A program made the position numbers and the translations under genes. The notes below the pieces were generated by a model. The model was given only the letters and a program-made list of their open reading frames with translations, was not told the DNA's origin and did no database searches. A stretch of 32,000 bases of DNA from NCBI RefSeq assembly GCF_000008465.1, contig NC_006512.1, positions 420,001-452,000 on the forward strand. Direction: 5' to 3'. Source of the DNA: Idiomarina loihiensis L2TR (lineage in GTDB: Bacteria; Pseudomonadota; Gammaproteobacteria; Enterobacterales; Alteromonadaceae). Position 1 is the first letter of the stretch; the number at the start of each line of letters is the position of its first letter. Of the stretch, positions 10,479 to 19,032 are shown one piece after another.

Positions 10479-10507
10479 TTGTAAAAAGTGTGTCTTTTCA
10501 TTATCAT
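10479..10507 (+). promoter_or_regulatory. Candidate sigma-70 promoter of petABC
   Basis: TTGTAA-N17-TATCAT, about 100 nt upstream of the petA start. Motif match only. Confidence 0.35.
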
Positions 10508-10609
10508 CTCAAAGCATTTTCTGTAATCCGCATCAGCGGACAAAGCAGCAGCTAATTCCCGACTTCGCGACAACGCATCGTGGAGCGTCCAAAACTGGAG
10601 AATAGATGG

Positions 10610-11200
10610 ATGAGCAATGCGCCTGTAGATAAAGGCCGCCGTCGTTTTTTGACTGTCGCAACCTCAGTGGTAGGTGGTGCAGGAGCGGTAGCAGTAGCCG
10701 TTCCTTTCATAGCATCGTGGAACCCAAGTGCGAAAGCAAAAAACGCGGGAGCGCCCGTAGAAGTAAATATACGCAAAGCTGAGCCTGGCCAGCTAGTCCG
10801 TGTTAAATGGCGTGGCAAGCCTGTATGGGTGGTTCGCCGTACACCGGACATGCTTGAAGAGTTGGGTGAAATAGAAGGTAGGCTTCGCGATCCGAATTCT
10901 CAAGAGCCGCAGCAGCCACCTTATGCGGCAAATCAATATCGCTCAATTAAAGAAGAATTCTTCGTTGCGGTTGGTATTTGTACCCACCTTGGTTGCTCTC
11001 CATCTTATCTTGCGAGCGGAATGGGGGAGCACGTTGAGGGCGTTGAGTCTGGCTTTTTCTGCCCATGCCACGGTTCTAAATTTGATGTCGCAGGGCGCGT
11101 ATTCCAAGGTGTTCCTGCACCACTGAACCTGGTCGTGCCGCCACATTATTTTATCGACGATAACACCATTTTGGTGGGTGAAGATAAGGGGCAAGCATAA
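10610..11200 (+). CDS. petA: Ubiquinol-cytochrome c reductase Rieske iron-sulfur subunit
   Basis: Twin-arginine signal ([11 protein letters not shown]) and Rieske motifs CTHLGC and CPCHGS. ATG at 10610 with GGAG upstream is preferred over GTG at 10580. Confidence 0.9.
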   Translation: MSNAPVDKGRRRFLTVATSVVGGAGAVAVAVPFIASWNPSAKAKNAGAPVEVNIRKAEPGQLVRVKWRGKPVWVVRRTPDMLEELGEIEGRLRDPNSQEPQQPPYAANQYRSIKEEFFVAVGICTHLGCSPSYLASGMGEHVEGVESGFFCPCHGSKFDVAGRVFQGVPAPLNLVVPPHYFIDDNTILVGEDKGQA

Positions 11201-12468
11201 TGTTTAAGCGATTTGTAGAGTGGATGGATGCCCGCATCCCCATGACCAAAACCTGGAACATCCACCTGGCGCAGTATCCAGCTCCAAAAAACTTTAACAT
11301 GTGGTATGTTTTTGGCTTTTTGGCAACCATCGTATTAATTAACCAAATACTGACTGGTGTCTGGTTAACCATGAACTATGTGCCAAGCGCCGACGGTGCC
11401 TTTGCCTCGGTTGAATACATCATGCGTGATGTCGAATACGGCTGGTTGTTGCGTTATATGCACTCCACCGGTGCCTCTGCGTTCTTCGTTGTCGTTTATC
11501 TGCATATGTTCCGCGGTATGATGTACGGTTCTTACCAGAAGCCTCGTGAGCTTATTTGGCTGTTTGGTATGTTCATCTTCCTGGTACTGATGGCCGAAGC
11601 CTTTATGGGCTACTTGCTGCCTTGGGGACAAATGTCTTACTGGGGCGCACAGGTTATTATTTCACTATTCGGTGCCATACCGGTTATTGGTGATGATTTA
11701 ACCTTATGGATACGTGGTGATTACGTTATTTCCGGAGCGACGCTAAACCGCTTCTTCGCATTGCACGTTATTGCTTTGCCGCTAGTACTGGTTATTTTGG
11801 TGTTCCTGCACATTGTCGCTTTGCATGAGGTTGGTTCGAACAACCCTGACGGTATCGATACTAAGAAGCCGAAAGGCTCTGTGCCAGACGAAGACAAGCC
11901 GAAGTTTAAGTTCCACGAGCGTTTTACTAACAAGAAAGACATTGTCGATTCTATTCCGTTTTTCCCTTACTACATTATTAAGGATTTGTTCGGGTTCGGC
12001 GTGTTCTTGTTCTTGTTCTGTTACGTTATTTTCTTCAACCCGGAAATGGGAGGCTTTTTCCTTGAGCCGCCTAACTTTGAGCCGGCGAACCCCTTGAAAA
12101 CACCGGAACACATTGCTCCTGTATGGTATTTCACGCCGTTCTATGCAATTTTACGTGCGGTGCCCGACAAGCTGTTTGGTGTTATTTTGATGTTCGCTGC
12201 TATTGTCTTCCTGGCCCTGTTGCCTTGGCTAGACCGTGGGCGAGTACGTTCTATTCGCTATCGTAGCCTGTTGCATAAGCTAAACCTCGGCGTATTTGCC
12301 ATCAGTTTCGTTGTGCTGGGTTATTTGGGAACGCAACCGGCAACTCCTGTTGCAACAATATTCGCACAGATATTTACGTTCCTGTACTTTGCATTCTTCG
12401 GGCTGCTTTGGTTCTACAGTAAGCGCGAGAAGACTAAACCGGTACCAGAAAGGGTGACGTCGAAATGA
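11200..12468 (+). CDS. petB: Cytochrome b subunit of the bc1 complex
   Basis: Multi-TM protein with cytochrome b signatures (WNFGSL-like region, MHSTGASAFF, LPWGQMSYWGA, PEHIAPVWYF). TAATG overlap with petA. Confidence 0.95.
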   Translation: MFKRFVEWMDARIPMTKTWNIHLAQYPAPKNFNMWYVFGFLATIVLINQILTGVWLTMNYVPSADGAFASVEYIMRDVEYGWLLRYMHSTGASAFFVVVYLHMFRGMMYGSYQKPRELIWLFGMFIFLVLMAEAFMGYLLPWGQMSYWGAQVIISLFGAIPVIGDDLTLWIRGDYVISGATLNRFFALHVIALPLVLVILVFLHIVALHEVGSNNPDGIDTKKPKGSVPDEDKPKFKFHERFTNKKDIVDSIPFFPYYIIKDLFGFGVFLFLFCYVIFFNPEMGGFFLEPPNFEPANPLKTPEHIAPVWYFTPFYAILRAVPDKLFGVILMFAAIVFLALLPWLDRGRVRSIRYRSLLHKLNLGVFAISFVVLGYLGTQPATPVATIFAQIFTFLYFAFFGLLWFYSKREKTKPVPERVTSK

Positions 12469-13199
12469 AAAAATTGTTAATCGCTCTTATAACTTTGGTT
12501 CCGTCGCTTGTATTTGCGGCGGGCCCTGAAGTTCCCTTGGACAAGGCCGAAGTCGACTTACACGATAAAGCCTCACTGCAGCGCGGCGCGCAGTTATACA
12601 TGAACTACTGTCTGGGTTGCCACCAACTGCAGTACCATCGTTATAACCGTACTTTTGAGGATCTTGGTATTCCGCAAGAGTTAGGCGAAAAGAACTTGCA
12701 GTTTACCGGCGACAAAGCCGGTGACAGAATTACCAATAATATGAATCCTGAATCAGCAGCGAACTGGTTTGGTACCGCGGTACCCGATCTAACGAACGTA
12801 GCCCGTGTACGCGGAGCGGACTGGATTTATACTTATTTACGTTCATTCTATAAAGATGACAGCCGTCCTTTCGGCGTCAATAATGCGGTGTTCCCAAATG
12901 TCGGAATGCCCCATGTATTGCAAGAACTTCAAGGGCTTCCGGAGAAGACTTATGAAGAACGCCTAATAGACGGTGAAATGGAAGACGTGTACGTCGGTAT
13001 TGAAACCGATGGCGGCGGGCGTTTATCTGAAAGTGAATATGATCAAGCCATGTTGGATTTAACCGCTTTTCTGGTTTATACCGGAGAACCTATGTTATTA
13101 GAACAACGTCGCATTGGTTGGTTTGTTTTTGGTTTCCTGCTGGTATTCACCATTTTGGCATGGTTACTGAAAAAAGAGTTTTGGAAAGACCTGAAATAA
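12465..13199 (+). CDS. petC: Cytochrome c1 subunit of the bc1 complex
   Basis: Signal peptide, haem-binding CLGCH, C-terminal TM anchor. ATGA overlap with petB. Confidence 0.9.
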   Translation: MKKLLIALITLVPSLVFAAGPEVPLDKAEVDLHDKASLQRGAQLYMNYCLGCHQLQYHRYNRTFEDLGIPQELGEKNLQFTGDKAGDRITNNMNPESAANWFGTAVPDLTNVARVRGADWIYTYLRSFYKDDSRPFGVNNAVFPNVGMPHVLQELQGLPEKTYEERLIDGEMEDVYVGIETDGGGRLSESEYDQAMLDLTAFLVYTGEPMLLEQRRIGWFVFGFLLVFTILAWLLKKEFWKDLK

Positions 13200-13222
13200 T
13201 CGGGGCTTATCAGTCTGTTAGA

Positions 13223-13264
13223 CAACGGCTTAAGAAAGGGTGGCTTGCCACCCTTTTGCCGTTG
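13223..13264 (+). terminator. Nested stem-loop between petC and sspA (terminator/attenuator candidate)
   Basis: Outer stem CAACGGC/GCCGTTG encloses the inner stem AAAGGGTGG-CTTG-CCACCCTTT. The inner hairpin ends in TTTT. The structure ends 19 nt before the sspA ATG. Confidence 0.5.
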
Positions 13265-13283
13265 ATATTATCTGGAGAAAGGA

Positions 13284-13907
13284 ATGGCTGTTGCAGCAAA
13301 TAAACGCTCAGTAATGACGTTATATTCAGGAAAGGATGACTTAAAGAGTCATCAGGTACGTCTGGTGTTAGCTGAGAAAGGTGTTGGGGTCGAAATTACC
13401 TATGTGACCGACGAAAGTACGCCGGAGGATTTGTTACAGCTTAATCCGTACCCAGAGGCTAAACCCACTCTGGTTGACCGTGAGCTTGTGCTTTATAACG
13501 CTCAAATCATTATGGAATACTTGGACGAGCGTTTCCCGCATCCTCCTTTAATGCCTGTTTACCCGGTTGCTCGTGGTACGAGTCGTTTAATGATGTACCG
13601 AATTGAGCGCGACTGGTATAGCCTGGCTGAAAAGATCCAAAAGAACGATGCTCAGGCAAGGCAGGAACTGAAAGAAGGTATTCTTTCCCTGGCTCCTATT
13701 TTTGCCGATACACCGTATTTTATGAGCGAAGAATTTAGTCTGGTTGATTGTTATTTGGCTCCTCTGCTTTGGCGTTTGCCTGCTTACGGTATCGATTTAG
13801 AAGGTCAGGGCGCAAAAGAAATAAAGCAATATATGGTACGCCTGTTTGAACGCAAAACGTTCCAGGATTCTTTAACAGAAGAAGAGAAAGAACTCGCGCG
13901 TAATTAA
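13284..13907 (+). CDS. sspA: Stringent starvation protein A (GST-fold RNAP-associated protein)
   Basis: MAVAANKRSVMTLYSG..D..SHQVR.VLAEKGV, colinear with E. coli SspA. Followed by sspB. Confidence 0.9.
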   Translation: MAVAANKRSVMTLYSGKDDLKSHQVRLVLAEKGVGVEITYVTDESTPEDLLQLNPYPEAKPTLVDRELVLYNAQIIMEYLDERFPHPPLMPVYPVARGTSRLMMYRIERDWYSLAEKIQKNDAQARQELKEGILSLAPIFADTPYFMSEEFSLVDCYLAPLLWRLPAYGIDLEGQGAKEIKQYMVRLFERKTFQDSLTEEEKELARN

Positions 13908-13933
13908 TTTCATCGACGTCGAGGAGTTTTACT

Positions 13934-14344
13934 ATGACGCCGAAAAGACCTTATCTGCTGCGTGCATTGTACGAGTGGATAGTTGATAACGACCTGACCC
14001 CACACTTGGTGGTTGATGCGACTATTGTGGGAACCGTTGTGCCCCAGAACTTTGTTAGTGAAGGACAAATTGTACTAAACATTTCGCCAACAGCGGTTCA
14101 GGGGCTGCAACTGGCTCACCATGAAGTTCGCTTTAACGCGCGCTTTGGTGGACAGCCAATGCAGGTGATTGTGCCCATGACGGCGGCTTTAGCTATCTAT
14201 GCCCGTGAGAACGGTGCCGGAGCGATGTTTGAGGCCGAGCCCGAACTGGACAAAATGCCTGAGCTTGATGAAGAAGATAAGGGTAGTGACGATGCTGAGC
14301 AAAAATCAGCAAAGAAAAAGCCCAACCTAAAAGTAGTTAAGTAA
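13934..14344 (+). CDS. sspB: ClpXP adaptor / stringent starvation protein B
   Basis: N-terminus PKRPYLLRALYEWI.DN..TPH..VD, an acidic linker, and a C-terminal ClpX-binding tail LKVVK. Confidence 0.85.
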   Translation: MTPKRPYLLRALYEWIVDNDLTPHLVVDATIVGTVVPQNFVSEGQIVLNISPTAVQGLQLAHHEVRFNARFGGQPMQVIVPMTAALAIYARENGAGAMFEAEPELDKMPELDEEDKGSDDAEQKSAKKKPNLKVVK

Positions 14345-14350
14345 CAATAC

Positions 14351-14380
14351 AAAGCACTAACGCTTAATAGTTAGTGCTTT
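14351..14380. terminator. 11-bp inverted repeat at the sspB / dolP convergence point
   Basis: AAAGCACTAAC-GCTTAATA-GTTAGTGCTTT begins 7 nt after the sspB stop and overlaps the last codons of dolP. Only a short T/A-rich trail follows. Confidence 0.4.
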
Positions 14381-14932
14381 AATTACCCGCTCTACGCCAT
14401 CTACGTTTCTGGCAACCTCTACTGCGGTATCTGCTTCAATCTGGCTTACATGGCCTAGTAAAAATACCTCAGCGTTCTCTGTCACTACTTTGATATTAGT
14501 TGCATCTATAGATTTATTATTAGCAAACTTGAGCTTAATTTTGCTGGTTATCCAGCTATCTCCGGCGCGCACGGCTGCCGATGCTTTAGAGCCAATACGC
14601 AGTTGATTGAAAATTTTATTAATACCGTTAGTGTCTTTGATGGTCTCTTCAGCTCTTCTTTTCAGAGCTTCGCTTGGAACCTGGCCAACCAAAAGAACAT
14701 TAGTATCGTAACTGATAGCGACCACGCGGGCATCTTCAAGTTGTTCATCATTTCCCAGTTTAGCGTTAGCTTTCAATTCGATAGTCTGATCATCCACTTG
14801 TGTTCCAATTGTCCGCGGATCAGTAGCTGAAGATATTCCTACTGCGGCTGCTCCGACAGCAACTGCGGCGCAGCCCTGTAAACTTAATAAACTGATAAAA
14901 ATGACAGGTAAAAAGGTTCTAGATAAAGTCAT
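14357..14932 (-). CDS. dolP: BON-domain outer-membrane lipoprotein DolP (YraP)
   Basis: Lipoprotein signal with lipobox LQGC, two BON-like repeats, 191 aa. Last gene of the lpoA-yraN-diaA-dolP order. Confidence 0.8.
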   Translation of the reverse strand: MTLSRTFLPVIFISLLSLQGCAAVAVGAAAVGISSATDPRTIGTQVDDQTIELKANAKLGNDEQLEDARVVAISYDTNVLLVGQVPSEALKRRAEETIKDTNGINKIFNQLRIGSKASAAVRAGDSWITSKIKLKFANNKSIDATNIKVVTENAEVFLLGHVSQIEADTAVEVARNVDGVERVIKALTIKR

Positions 14933-14937
14933 ACGCT

Positions 14938-15480
14938 TCAGTGCTCCTGCGGAAAGATCGTGTTTTCAATTTGTTCACACAAGCCGTGGACAATAAACAG
15001 CTGAGTTTCTAGTATACGAGCCGGATTTAAACTGGGTGCCCTTAATTCGATATCGTTAGCACCTAGTAAACCGGAAACAGAATCGTTGCCCTCGCCGGTT
15101 AAAGCAATAATAAGCATATCGCGGCTAATAGCTGTTTCCATAACCGATGCTAACTCTTCATTCTCTTGGTTGTCTGCTATGACCAGTAGAATATCACCGG
15201 CTTGACCCAGTGCCGCAAGCTGTTTTTGCTTGCCAAGGGCCAATGCTAGTACTGGAAAGGGAGGACGCTCTAATTTCATGCCTTCGGTCATGAGGTTTGC
15301 AAAGTGCTGAGCAACGATTCCTGTCGTGCGGTCGCCGCAGCAAAAGACACGCTGACCATTCAACAAATTAGCCACTAACAGTTCCACCGTTGTGGCCATC
15401 TCGTCGGTCAGGCTTTCCACCGCTGAAATTTGTGTCTGTATGCTTTCTGTAAAAAGCGCCTTAATCAATTCGTCATTCAT
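14938..15480 (-). CDS. diaA: SIS-domain protein, DnaA initiator-associating factor DiaA-like (YraO)
   Basis: N-terminus FTESIQTQI and C-terminal region IENTIFPQE resemble E. coli DiaA. It has a SIS fold and lies between yraN and dolP. It is 180 aa, shorter than my recollection of E. coli DiaA, and the sugar-phosphate loop reads CCGDRTT. Confidence 0.7.
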   Translation of the reverse strand: MNDELIKALFTESIQTQISAVESLTDEMATTVELLVANLLNGQRVFCCGDRTTGIVAQHFANLMTEGMKLERPPFPVLALALGKQKQLAALGQAGDILLVIADNQENEELASVMETAISRDMLIIALTGEGNDSVSGLLGANDIELRAPSLNPARILETQLFIVHGLCEQIENTIFPQEH

Positions 15481-15482
15481 AG

Positions 15483-15833
15483 TCAGAATGCGTCCTTAAA
15501 CCATTCGATTTTTGTTGGCTGACCTACTATTGCAATTACGTCGAAACGTATAGCTGCAGTATGTTCATCGATATTATTACTGAGTAAATAGTGGCGAGCG
15601 GTGTACCGGATTCGGCGACATTGCTGCGGCTGAATCTGTTCAATAACAGCCGCAAAACTCTCATCGTCCCGGAATTTCACCTCGCAAAACACCCAGTAAT
15701 GACCGTCTCGGGCTATGATATCAACTTCACCACCGTCAATACGGTAATTTTTGCAAATAATTGTAAGGTTGTTTTTCTTCAGAAACTCGGCTGAGAGTAA
15801 TTCAGCGCGCTTACCGGTAACGACTTCCTGCAT
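15483..15833 (-). CDS. yraN: UPF0102 (YraN) family PD-(D/E)xK nuclease-like protein
   Basis: 116 aa with GEVDIIA...VFCEVKFR (a D...E-x-K motif) and C-terminal RFDVIAI...IEWFKDAF typical of YraN. The 5' end overlaps the lpoA 3' end by 23 nt. Confidence 0.8.
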   Translation of the reverse strand: MQEVVTGKRAELLSAEFLKKNNLTIICKNYRIDGGEVDIIARDGHYWVFCEVKFRDDESFAAVIEQIQPQQCRRIRYTARHYLLSNNIDEHTAAIRFDVIAIVGQPTKIEWFKDAF

Positions 15834-17694
15834 TGTCTGCTTCCTTAGCTAAGGTGATTTCTCCTTTACTAAAGGTAGCCCAAATAAGCTTCCGTTGAAC
15901 AACTGAGTTATCAATGTGCAGTTCACCACTTAAACCCGACCAGACCAATCCAGGCATGCGATTCATCATTTCAAGTCGTTGAATCAAGGATACGCTGTCG
16001 TATCCCATGGCGGTTAAGCGCGCTAGCGACAGACCCCACCCATTTCGCAACTCAAGCCATTGACTTAAAAGTATGTTTTTACCTGAGCTCTCTATTAACC
16101 AGGGAACGTCTGAAAAAATAATGCCATTAAGATCTGAATCACCTAAACGATTTCTGAGTTCATGGGTAGCCGAGCTGGCATAAACAGGAATAGGTTCTGC
16201 AAATGGCGAAACGCTGACATCAATAAAGGGTTTTAACAGACGCGTCTGTTGTAGATTGCCCGGCAGGTAAATCGCACTAATGTCTCTTCGGCTGCGTTCC
16301 TGCTCATCAACAATAATTTTCCCTGCGGCAATTTTAACTGCGCGAATACGCTGCTGACTGTCAGTTAACCCCAGCGAACGCTCGACCGTAGTCTTCATAT
16401 CTTCGCGTTCAGAAAAATAGGAGATAGTGGGCTGTTCAGCCTGCTCATTTTCCCAACTGGAGGTGAAGGCATCAACCATTCTGCGGCCGCTGGAGCCATC
16501 TGCAGTAATGACCAGTGCACTTTTTGAACTGGGAAATTGCTGGTTAATTTTCTGCGCGGCTTGCTGAGCTTCGCTCTCAGGGCTTAGTGCGAAAAAGACA
16601 TTGGTTAATGAGTTTTGTGCTGCTTCATCGTCAATCTGATTAAGATAAACCTGAGGAATACCCGTAATAGGTTGTGCTGACCACGCGGCTACCTTGTCTT
16701 TCAATAGTGGGCCAATAATTCCTACGGGGCTCAGTTCCGATATTTGTTTTTGCTGAGACTCAATGTCGCTCGCTTCGCTGTCTATAAAGACAACTCTTAG
16801 GTTTTTCATTTCGCCGGTGCGGGCGATAACACCGTCACGCACAGCTTGGCCTTGTTGCTTGTAGCGGCCGGATAATGGTAATAACACCGCGAGGGTAGGT
16901 TCTGGGGGCGCCTGCTCGGCTTCCAGTTCACTTTCTGACGGCTTTAACGGCGGCTCGAGCCAGATGTCGACCAGAGTAGCAGCGTCGTGGTTTGGGAAGC
17001 TTTGTTGCCACTGATTTAAGAATGATGTAAGACTATCAGGGTGAGTCATTGCCTGATGATGATAATCGACCAATCGCCACCAACCCGCCAGGGCCAGGTC
17101 GTTAGGCCGCTGCTGCGGAAGCTCTGACTGTTTAATCCGGCGCGCAATGGACCAGACTGTATCGGTATTCCGCTGTTCTGCAAAGCGCTGGGCATCAACT
17201 TGCCAGACCAGCGACTGCCAGTAGTCTTGTTGCTGATAAGCGGCCTGTGAAAGCAACTGCAAACTCAGAACACGAAACTCTCGTTGATTAAACTGAGTGG
17301 CAACATCTTCAAGCTCTTCTATTACCTTTGCCCAGACTTTCTGCTCTGCGGCCCAGCGGGCTTTTGCCAGGCGGTAATACTTCTGACTATGATGAGTAAT
17401 TTTTTTCGGAGCTAATTGCGAAAGAATAGCGGCCGCCTGTTGCCATTGATGCTCATTTTGAAAAGCATTAGCGGCTCTTATTAAAGCAGAGTGTTGCTCA
17501 ACTTCATTTGCTGCTGCATCGGCCTCCTGTAACCAGTCCCCGGCTGACTTTTCTTCTGTTAAGCTTAATTCCTGATCAGCGACATCGACAGCCTCTGCCG
17601 GGTCCTTCGTCGAACGGTCAGGGGCAGAGGTACACTGGGTCAATACCAGTAATGCCATTAGAGCTAAAAGTACAAATGAATGAGTTCTAAACAC
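15811..17694 (-). CDS. lpoA: Penicillin-binding protein activator LpoA (YraM)
   Basis: GTG start and a signal peptide ending LTQC (lipobox-like, with an atypical Q at -1). N-terminal helical/TPR-like half and C-terminal periplasmic-binding-protein-like half (IGPLLK, FFALSPESEAQQAA, SLARLTAMGYDS) resemble E. coli LpoA. Divergent from rsmI. Confidence 0.8.
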   Translation of the reverse strand: MFRTHSFVLLALMALLVLTQCTSAPDRSTKDPAEAVDVADQELSLTEEKSAGDWLQEADAAANEVEQHSALIRAANAFQNEHQWQQAAAILSQLAPKKITHHSQKYYRLAKARWAAEQKVWAKVIEELEDVATQFNQREFRVLSLQLLSQAAYQQQDYWQSLVWQVDAQRFAEQRNTDTVWSIARRIKQSELPQQRPNDLALAGWWRLVDYHHQAMTHPDSLTSFLNQWQQSFPNHDAATLVDIWLEPPLKPSESELEAEQAPPEPTLAVLLPLSGRYKQQGQAVRDGVIARTGEMKNLRVVFIDSEASDIESQQKQISELSPVGIIGPLLKDKVAAWSAQPITGIPQVYLNQIDDEAAQNSLTNVFFALSPESEAQQAAQKINQQFPSSKSALVITADGSSGRRMVDAFTSSWENEQAEQPTISYFSEREDMKTTVERSLGLTDSQQRIRAVKIAAGKIIVDEQERSRRDISAIYLPGNLQQTRLLKPFIDVSVSPFAEPIPVYASSATHELRNRLGDSDLNGIIFSDVPWLIESSGKNILLSQWLELRNGWGLSLARLTAMGYDSVSLIQRLEMMNRMPGLVWSGLSGELHIDNSVVQRKLIWATFSKGEITLAKEADNAGSRYR

Positions 17695-17769
17695 TGTAAG
17701 GTTCCGCTTTGGTGCCTGTTCGGTGATACTATAAACGGCATTGACGTTGGAAACAAACAGAGACTGATT

Positions 17770-18624
17770 ATGGCAGAGCAGGGCATTCTTTATATTGTAC
17801 CGACACCTATCGGTAATTTAGGCGATATAACGGAAAGAGCAGTTAAAACCTTGGCTGAAGTTGCAGCCATTGCAGCGGAAGATACTAGACATACACGCAA
17901 GCTAATGCAGCATTACGGTATACAAAATGATGTATTTGCCTTGCATGAACATAATGAGACACAGCGTGTGGATGCGGTTATCGAGCGTTTGCTGCAAGGT
18001 GATTCGCTGGCGTTAGTCAGTGATGCAGGTACGCCACTCATCAATGACCCTGGTTATGTTTTGGTGCATCGTTGCAGGGAACGCGGGCTGAAGGTTATTG
18101 CGTTACCCGGTGCCTGCGCTGTTACGGTTGCTCTGTCTGCAGCTGGGTTACCAACAGACCGGTTTGCTTTTGAAGGCTTTTTGCCATCAAAGCCCCAGCA
18201 ACGTCGTGCAAAGCTGGAGGCTCTGAAGACCGAAACCCGGACTGTTGTGGTGTATGAAAGCCCTCACCGAATTTTACATACGCTGACTGATATGAACGTG
18301 GTTTTAGGCAGTGGCCGGCAGATAGTGCTTGCGCGCGAGTTGACTAAGCAGTTTGAGACATACTTAAATGGCACTGCGGCTGAATTGTTGCAGGCTTTAA
18401 CCGACGATACAAACCAACAGCGCGGTGAAATGGTTTTGCTAATAGCACCGGCACAGTCAGAAGCCGATGTTCGTGACGGTCCGGGAGAAGCGGCTAAGCG
18501 CACGTTACTGCTGCTACTAGAAGAGTTGCCGTTAAAAAAGGCGGCAGCTATGACCGCAAAAATTCACGATGAACGGAAAAATGAACTCTACCAGTGGGCG
18601 CTTGAGAATAAAAATAATGAGTGA
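17770..18624 (+). CDS. rsmI: 16S rRNA (cytidine1402-2'-O)-methyltransferase RsmI (YraL)
   Basis: LYIVPTPIGNLGDIT, AEDTRHT, SDAGTP.I.DPG and ALPG.CA motifs of the tetrapyrrole-methylase-fold RsmI. ATG at 17770 is preferred, because the ORF-track start at 17680 would overlap the lpoA start region. Confidence 0.9.
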   Translation: MAEQGILYIVPTPIGNLGDITERAVKTLAEVAAIAAEDTRHTRKLMQHYGIQNDVFALHEHNETQRVDAVIERLLQGDSLALVSDAGTPLINDPGYVLVHRCRERGLKVIALPGACAVTVALSAAGLPTDRFAFEGFLPSKPQQRRAKLEALKTETRTVVVYESPHRILHTLTDMNVVLGSGRQIVLARELTKQFETYLNGTAAELLQALTDDTNQQRGEMVLLIAPAQSEADVRDGPGEAAKRTLLLLLEELPLKKAAAMTAKIHDERKNELYQWALENKNNE

Positions 18625-18632
18625 AACAAAGA

Positions 18633-18661
18633 TTGAGTTAATGCCTGCTGCAGCGTAGAAT
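18633..18661 (+). promoter_or_regulatory. rnpB promoter
   Basis: TTGAGT-N17-TAGAAT followed by a GC-rich discriminator CCCCCGC. This places the start site at about 18668-18669, exactly at the 5' strand of the P1 helix. Confidence 0.6.
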
Positions 18662-18668
18662 CCCCCGC

Positions 18669-19022
<354 letters not shown>

Positions 19023-19032
19023 TTTTAGGGTT

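Noticed and set aside
10521-10536. LexA-box-like CTGT-N8-TCAG and an FNR-half-site-like TTCAT-N4-ATCTC near the candidate pet promoter
   Set aside because: Both have mismatches at invariant positions (ACAG becomes TCAG; TTGAT/ATCAA is only 7 of 10). The LexA-like spacer is GC-rich rather than AT-rich.
17680-17769. Longest-ORF N-terminal extensions in the ORF track (rsmI 17680, zapG 8191, petA 10580, murF 26274, ftsW 30138)
   Set aside because: In each case an internal ATG has a proper Shine-Dalgarno sequence and/or an ATGA overlap with the upstream stop, and it aligns with the N-terminus of known homologues. The extensions would overlap neighbouring genes or promoters.
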